Assembly: GCA_040386535.1 (NCBI GenBank)
Contig: JAZKFH010000013.1
Span: forward strand, 96,001-160,000
DNA from: Myxococcota bacterium
GTDB lineage: Bacteria > Myxococcota_A > UBA796 > SXON01
DNA length: 64,000 bases
Direction of reading: 5' to 3'
In this document: positions 59,933 through 64,000 of the stretch, piece by piece
Layout of the letters: each line of letters begins with the position of its first letter
Position numbering within the stretch: position 1 is the stretch's first letter
Notes under the pieces: model-generated
What the model was told of the DNA's origin: nothing
Database searches by the model: none
The model's input: only the letters and a program-made list of their open reading frames with translations
Translations under genes and position numbers: made by a program

Positions 59933-61090
59933 TTACTCGTACATCACGAGGATCTTGCCGTCGGTGCGGTCGCAGCTCTTGGCCACGGCCTCGATGGTTC
60001 GATCGAAGGGGAAACGGCGGGTGATCATCGGTGCGACGTCAAGGCGATTCTCTTCCAGCAACCGGAGGATTCGGGGGAAGCAGCCGCCACCGGCGTGCCC
60101 GCGCGCTCCGACGATTCCGGCGGCCTGGGTCACCAGGACGTCGAGCAATACGGGGGCCCGCTGGCCTGTCCGCCCGAGGTACACCATTTTTCCGCCGGGC
60201 GCAAAAGCGCGTTCGATCTCCGGCATCGTCTGGACCGCGGCGCCGGCGGCCTCGACGATCATGTCGGCGCCCCACCCCCGGGTCCGCTCGCGGATGATGT
60301 CGCCGGCGGGAGCCTCGGAGGGGTCGTACACGGCGTCCGCGCCCATGGCCCTGGCGATGGCCCGACGCTCGGGCATCGTCTCGAACGCGAGGATGGAGGC
60401 GGCGCCGGCCGCCCGCGCCAGCGCGATGGCGCCGAGGCCGATGGGGCCGCATCCGAACACCGCGACGTGGGCCCCGGGTAGAAAGCCCCCGGCGGACACG
60501 AACATGCCGTTGTACGAGCACGCGATGGGCTCGATGAGGGCACCGAGCTCGAGCGCCCGCTCCGCGCTGCCGAGGCGCTCGGCGAGCGGATCCAGGGGCC
60601 ACAAGAACCGCTCCTGGGCGGTCAGGTACTCGGCGTAGGCGCCCGGCGCGGAGAAGCCGACCATGTCGAGATCGGGGCACTGGTTCGGGTGGCCGGTGCG
60701 GCACGCCTCGCAGACACCGCAGTAGAGCATCCCCTCGGCCGCCACCAGCATCCCGGGGCGCAGGTGGCGGACCCCGGGGCCGACCTCGACCACCTCGGCG
60801 GTGTACTCGTGCCCCACGGTGACGGGCACGCGCACGGGGCCGGAGAACAGGACGTAGCCGTCGGCATCGTGCTCGTAGCAGTGGGTGTCGCTCCCGCACA
60901 CGCCGCACACGCGCACCTTGAGCACCACCTCGCCGTAGGCGGGCGCGGGATCGGCGACCTGGGTGGCGACGAAGCGGGGGTGGCGCCACACCCGGGAGGC
61001 CATCGTGGCCTTTCGGGTGGACAGCTCGCGCGCGGTGGGGAGGTAGCCGGGGCGGGGATCCCAGTCCGCTTCGAGTACGACGGCCTTCAC
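59933..61090 (-). CDS. Zn-dependent medium-chain dehydrogenase, scyllo-inosose 3-dehydrogenase (IolM)-like
   Basis: CGVCGSD, GHE, CGVCEAC...C structural Zn site, GCGPIG; the N-terminal ADWDPRPGY...VWRHP extension recalls IolM. Confidence 0.8.
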   Translation of the reverse strand: MKAVVLEADWDPRPGYLPTARELSTRKATMASRVWRHPRFVATQVADPAPAYGEVVLKVRVCGVCGSDTHCYEHDADGYVLFSGPVRVPVTVGHEYTAEVVEVGPGVRHLRPGMLVAAEGMLYCGVCEACRTGHPNQCPDLDMVGFSAPGAYAEYLTAQERFLWPLDPLAERLGSAERALELGALIEPIACSYNGMFVSAGGFLPGAHVAVFGCGPIGLGAIALARAAGAASILAFETMPERRAIARAMGADAVYDPSEAPAGDIIRERTRGWGADMIVEAAGAAVQTMPEIERAFAPGGKMVYLGRTGQRAPVLLDVLVTQAAGIVGARGHAGGGCFPRILRLLEENRLDVAPMITRRFPFDRTIEAVAKSCDRTDGKILVMYE

Positions 61091-62514
61091 GATGTTTCTC
61101 GGGGGAGCAGGGCGGAGCTGGGGTCGATCACGAGGAGGATGTGGCCCTCGGGCGCGATGGTGGTGCCGACGAGATGCGGGAGCGCGTCGAGCGGCCAGGG
61201 GGGAGGGGACACCAACGTCTCTACCGCGCCCAGCACCTGGTCGACCCGCAGCGGCGTGCCGTCCGCGAGGCGGATGGTGGCTACCCCCTGCACCGGGAGG
61301 GCCAGGAGCGGGGCCGCGCTGGGCGTGTCGGCGAACGCGGCGGCGCGGTTGGCCACGAGGGCGAAGGTGTGCCCGGCGGCCCGGACCAGCAGGAGGCGGA
61401 CGAGCTCGGCGTGGAGCGGCACCTCGATGTTCAGCCGGGTGCCGCGCGAACGGGCGGAGAACAGCGAGAAGCGGCCGCCCAGGCGCGCGACGAGGTGCGA
61501 CACGGCGGAGAGGCCGTGGCCCCGCCCGGCGATGGGCCCCGGGACCGCGACGGTGGTGAGGCCGGGGCGCAAGGCGAGCTCGATGGGATCGGCCTCGGGC
61601 TCCCCGGCGGCCGAGCGGAGGGCCGCGACGTCGAGCCCACGCCCGTCATCGTCGAACGAGACGAGGAGGCGCCGCCCGACCCGCTCCGCGACGAGGCTGA
61701 TGCGGCCCACGGGGCCCTTCGCGCCGCGCTCCGAGGGCGGCTCGATGCCGTGCGCGACGGCGTTGTTGAGCAGCTGGACCAGCGCCGCCTGGAGCGGCCC
61801 GAGCACCTCGGGGTCGACCCGCACCTCCTCGCCGTTCACCTCGAGGCGTGCCTCGCGCCCGAGCTGCTTGCACAGCGCGCGCAGGCGGCGGCGCAGCGGT
61901 GGGATGACGGTGCCGAACGGTACCTCCCGCAGCTCGGCGAGCCGCGTGTACATGCGCCGCGACGCCTCCTCGATCCGGCTGATCTGGGCCGATGCGGAGG
62001 GGTCGACGCTGGAGAGCTCCCGCAGCTTCTGGCACGCCGCGAGCATCTCGGCGATGGCGGCGACAGCGTCCTCCGTGCCGGTGGTGGCGGAGGGGGACTC
62101 GGAGAGCGTCGGCTCCTCTTCGGGGAGCAGGCGGAACCCCGTGTGGGATCGGGCGCTGAGGTGCGCGCGGATCCGCTGCTCCATGCCCTCGTCGGGCGTG
62201 GGCTCGCGCGCCTCCGACACGTCGTGCACCTGGCGGCGGAGCAGCACGATGGCGCCCGTCAACAACGCCGTGGTCGGCTCGTCGACCTCGAGCGAGCCGC
62301 GCCCCATCTCCTCACACACGTCCTCCAGGGCGTGCGCGAGGGTGGCGATCGCGCCGATCTCCATGGTCGCGCTCATGCCTTTGAGCATGTGGAAGCTGCG
62401 CAACAGCGCGCGCGGATCGGGGCGCGCCACTCCATCGGCCAGCTCGCGTTCGGCTGCGGCGATCGCCCGGTGGGCCTCGGCTACGAACAATGACCGATAC
62501 CGGGTGCGGTCCAC
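61087..62514 (-). CDS. Reduced CheA-like histidine kinase
   Basis: Hpt RSFHMLKGMS, LAHALED; HATPase LLNNAVAHGIE, DDGRGLD, GRGHGL; degenerate CheW-like C-terminus. Confidence 0.85.
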   Translation of the reverse strand: MDRTRYRSLFVAEAHRAIAAAERELADGVARPDPRALLRSFHMLKGMSATMEIGAIATLAHALEDVCEEMGRGSLEVDEPTTALLTGAIVLLRRQVHDVSEAREPTPDEGMEQRIRAHLSARSHTGFRLLPEEEPTLSESPSATTGTEDAVAAIAEMLAACQKLRELSSVDPSASAQISRIEEASRRMYTRLAELREVPFGTVIPPLRRRLRALCKQLGREARLEVNGEEVRVDPEVLGPLQAALVQLLNNAVAHGIEPPSERGAKGPVGRISLVAERVGRRLLVSFDDDGRGLDVAALRSAAGEPEADPIELALRPGLTTVAVPGPIAGRGHGLSAVSHLVARLGGRFSLFSARSRGTRLNIEVPLHAELVRLLLVRAAGHTFALVANRAAAFADTPSAAPLLALPVQGVATIRLADGTPLRVDQVLGAVETLVSPPPWPLDALPHLVGTTIAPEGHILLVIDPSSALLPRETS

Positions 62515-62523
62515 GACCGACCT

Positions 62524-62907
62524 CTATCCCTGTGGAGGGAACCCGCACTCAAACAGCGCCAGAGAGATGCGCTCCGCGAGCGCGGCTGCGTCGACGACAA
62601 GTGTGCGTCCGCCCGCGACATCGGCGGCGGTGGCGGGGTCGCGTGGGAGCGCGTCCGCGGAGATACCGATCAGGCCCGCGGGCGTCGCGACCAGGATCAC
62701 CACGGGCGACTCGGGATTCACGACGGTGTCATCCTCGAGGGACACGATGTCGATGACCGAGACGGCGCGCCCCTCGAAGGCGCACGCGCCGAGCAGCCAC
62801 GCCGGGGCCGCGGGTACGACGGAGACGCGGGGCGCGGTCAGCAGGCCGCGGATGGCCTCCGACTTGAAGAGCAGGTCACGGCCGCTGCGGAGGGCGCGTC
62901 GTGTCAT
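62524..62907 (-). CDS. CheW-like protein
   Basis: Start ATG 62907; VPAAPAWLLGACAFEGRAVSVID matches the CheW VP..P.W..G...RG...V.D motif. Confidence 0.75.
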   Translation of the reverse strand: MTRRALRSGRDLLFKSEAIRGLLTAPRVSVVPAAPAWLLGACAFEGRAVSVIDIVSLEDDTVVNPESPVVILVATPAGLIGISADALPRDPATAADVAGGRTLVVDAAALAERISLALFECGFPPQG

Positions 62908-64000
62908 CAGCTCTCGCGGGCGGTGCGCGGCACCGTGTTCTGGACGTCGACCTCGAGGATCGCCCGTTCGTTCGCCAACGCGACGGTGAGCACGAAGTCC
63001 CCCCAGGCGAGGCGTTCCCCGGCGGCGGGCACGTGGCCGAGCTGGGAGAGCAGGAAGCCGGCGAGGGTCTCGTAGTCGCCCTCGGGCATCTCGAAGCCGG
63101 TGGTCTCGTAGAGATCCTCGCCCTCGACCCTCCCCGACGCGATCCATTGGCGCTCGCCCATCTTGCGCACCAGCGGCCGGGCACGATCGTACTCGTCCTC
63201 GATGTCGCCCACGATCTCCTCGAGGATGTCCTCGATCGAGATGAGCCCGACGGCGCCGCCGTACTCGTCCACCGCGACGGCGAGGCGTTGGCGCTTGCGA
63301 CGGAGATCGACGAACAGCTCGTCCACGCGCTTGGTCTCGGGGACGAACATGATCTCGTGCATCACCGTGCTGACGGGACGGGCGTCGTCGGGCGCGAAGA
63401 GCAGGTCGCTGTGCATCACCATGCCGACGATGCGGTCGATGCGCTTGCGGTAGATGACCAGCCGCGAGAACCCCTGGTCGATCATCACGGAGCGGGCCTC
63501 GCCGCACGTGGCGGTCTCCGGCACGCCCACGACCTCGATGAGCGGCACCATCGCGTCCGCCACCTGGGTCTCCGAGAAGTTGAAGACCCGGAGGATCATC
63601 TCCTTCTCGTCGTCGTGGATGTCGGTCATCGTCGCGCTGTCGAGGAGGAGCTGGATGTCCTCGCGGCGCACGGCGTGCACCTGCGCGTCCTTCACGCCGA
63701 GCACGGTCATGATGATGCGCGTGGCGTGCTCGATGGCCCAGAGCACCGGCCGGAGCAGCACGGAGAGCGCCGAGATCGGCTGCGACACCAGCGGCGCGAG
63801 CGTGTTCGCATGCTGTTGGAAGATGGTCTTCGGCACCATCTCGGAGAAGATGATGGTGAGCGGGGTGTACACCGCCACGACCAGCAGCTCTGGCACGTCC
63901 CCGAAGCGGCCGAGCGCGTGCGCGACCAGCGTGGCGCCGGCGATGGTCGCCACGTTGGTGCCGATGAGGCACGTGCCGACGAGCTGGGTGGGGCGCTCGA
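62907..64000 (-). CDS. CNNM/CBS/CorC (hemolysin-like) membrane protein, 5'-truncated
   Basis: TCLIGTN, FSEMVPK, CBS pair (FSRL, VDEYGGAVGLISIEDILEEIVGDI), CorC domain (YETLAG...GHVP). Confidence 0.92.
   Translation of the reverse strand, partial: ERPTQLVGTCLIGTNVATIAGATLVAHALGRFGDVPELLVVAVYTPLTIIFSEMVPKTIFQQHANTLAPLVSQPISALSVLLRPVLWAIEHATRIIMTVLGVKDAQVHAVRREDIQLLLDSATMTDIHDDEKEMILRVFNFSETQVADAMVPLIEVVGVPETATCGEARSVMIDQGFSRLVIYRKRIDRIVGMVMHSDLLFAPDDARPVSTVMHEIMFVPETKRVDELFVDLRRKRQRLAVAVDEYGGAVGLISIEDILEEIVGDIEDEYDRARPLVRKMGERQWIASGRVEGEDLYETTGFEMPEGDYETLAGFLLSQLGHVPAAGERLAWGDFVLTVALANERAILEVDVQNTVPRTARES

Overview
This is a very GC-rich bacterial chromosomal segment. MYXO-CTERM-like sorting tails, many Asp/Thr-rich lipoproteins and an Hsp70 paralogue suggest a Myxococcota-like organism (inference). 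The left half carries envelope and accessory genes: the end of a capsule/EPS locus (Wzc-like kinase, Wzi-like protein, degenerate sulfatase, UDP-glucuronate epimerase), TetR with a methyltransferase, a tetraheme lipoprotein, a class A PBP, OmpA, Tad-like pseudopilins, an ABC exporter, an M23 peptidase and secreted Cys/Asp-repeat proteins. The right half adds tcdA and a second ABC exporter, then a minus-strand housekeeping backbone: murA, an FAD reductase, dnaG, rpoD, tRNA-Ile, a zinc-ribbon protein and rnpB. A VapBC-type pair, a 60-aa ORF and Ku-LigD lie between the tRNA and the zinc-ribbon gene. A 2172-aa pentapeptide-repeat/TPR protein, trmJ, an Hsp70 paralogue, an IolM-like dehydrogenase, a minimal CheW-CheA pair and a CNNM/CorC protein complete the window. 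Main observations: (1) the tRNA after rpoD has a UAU anticodon (plus U38) instead of the lysidine-dependent CAU; (2) a ~198-bp tandem duplication of three long hairpins lies between rpoD and that tRNA, and one arm contains the rpoD stop codon; (3) the RNase P RNA has a covaried P4 and a strongly expanded P12; (4) two unannotated convergent microproteins share a terminator; (5) -10 boxes recur 5-7 nt before start codons, suggesting leaderless genes. No CRISPR array, integrase, transposase or rRNA was seen. All calls come from motif recognition by eye, and many start codons were re-chosen relative to the ORF track.
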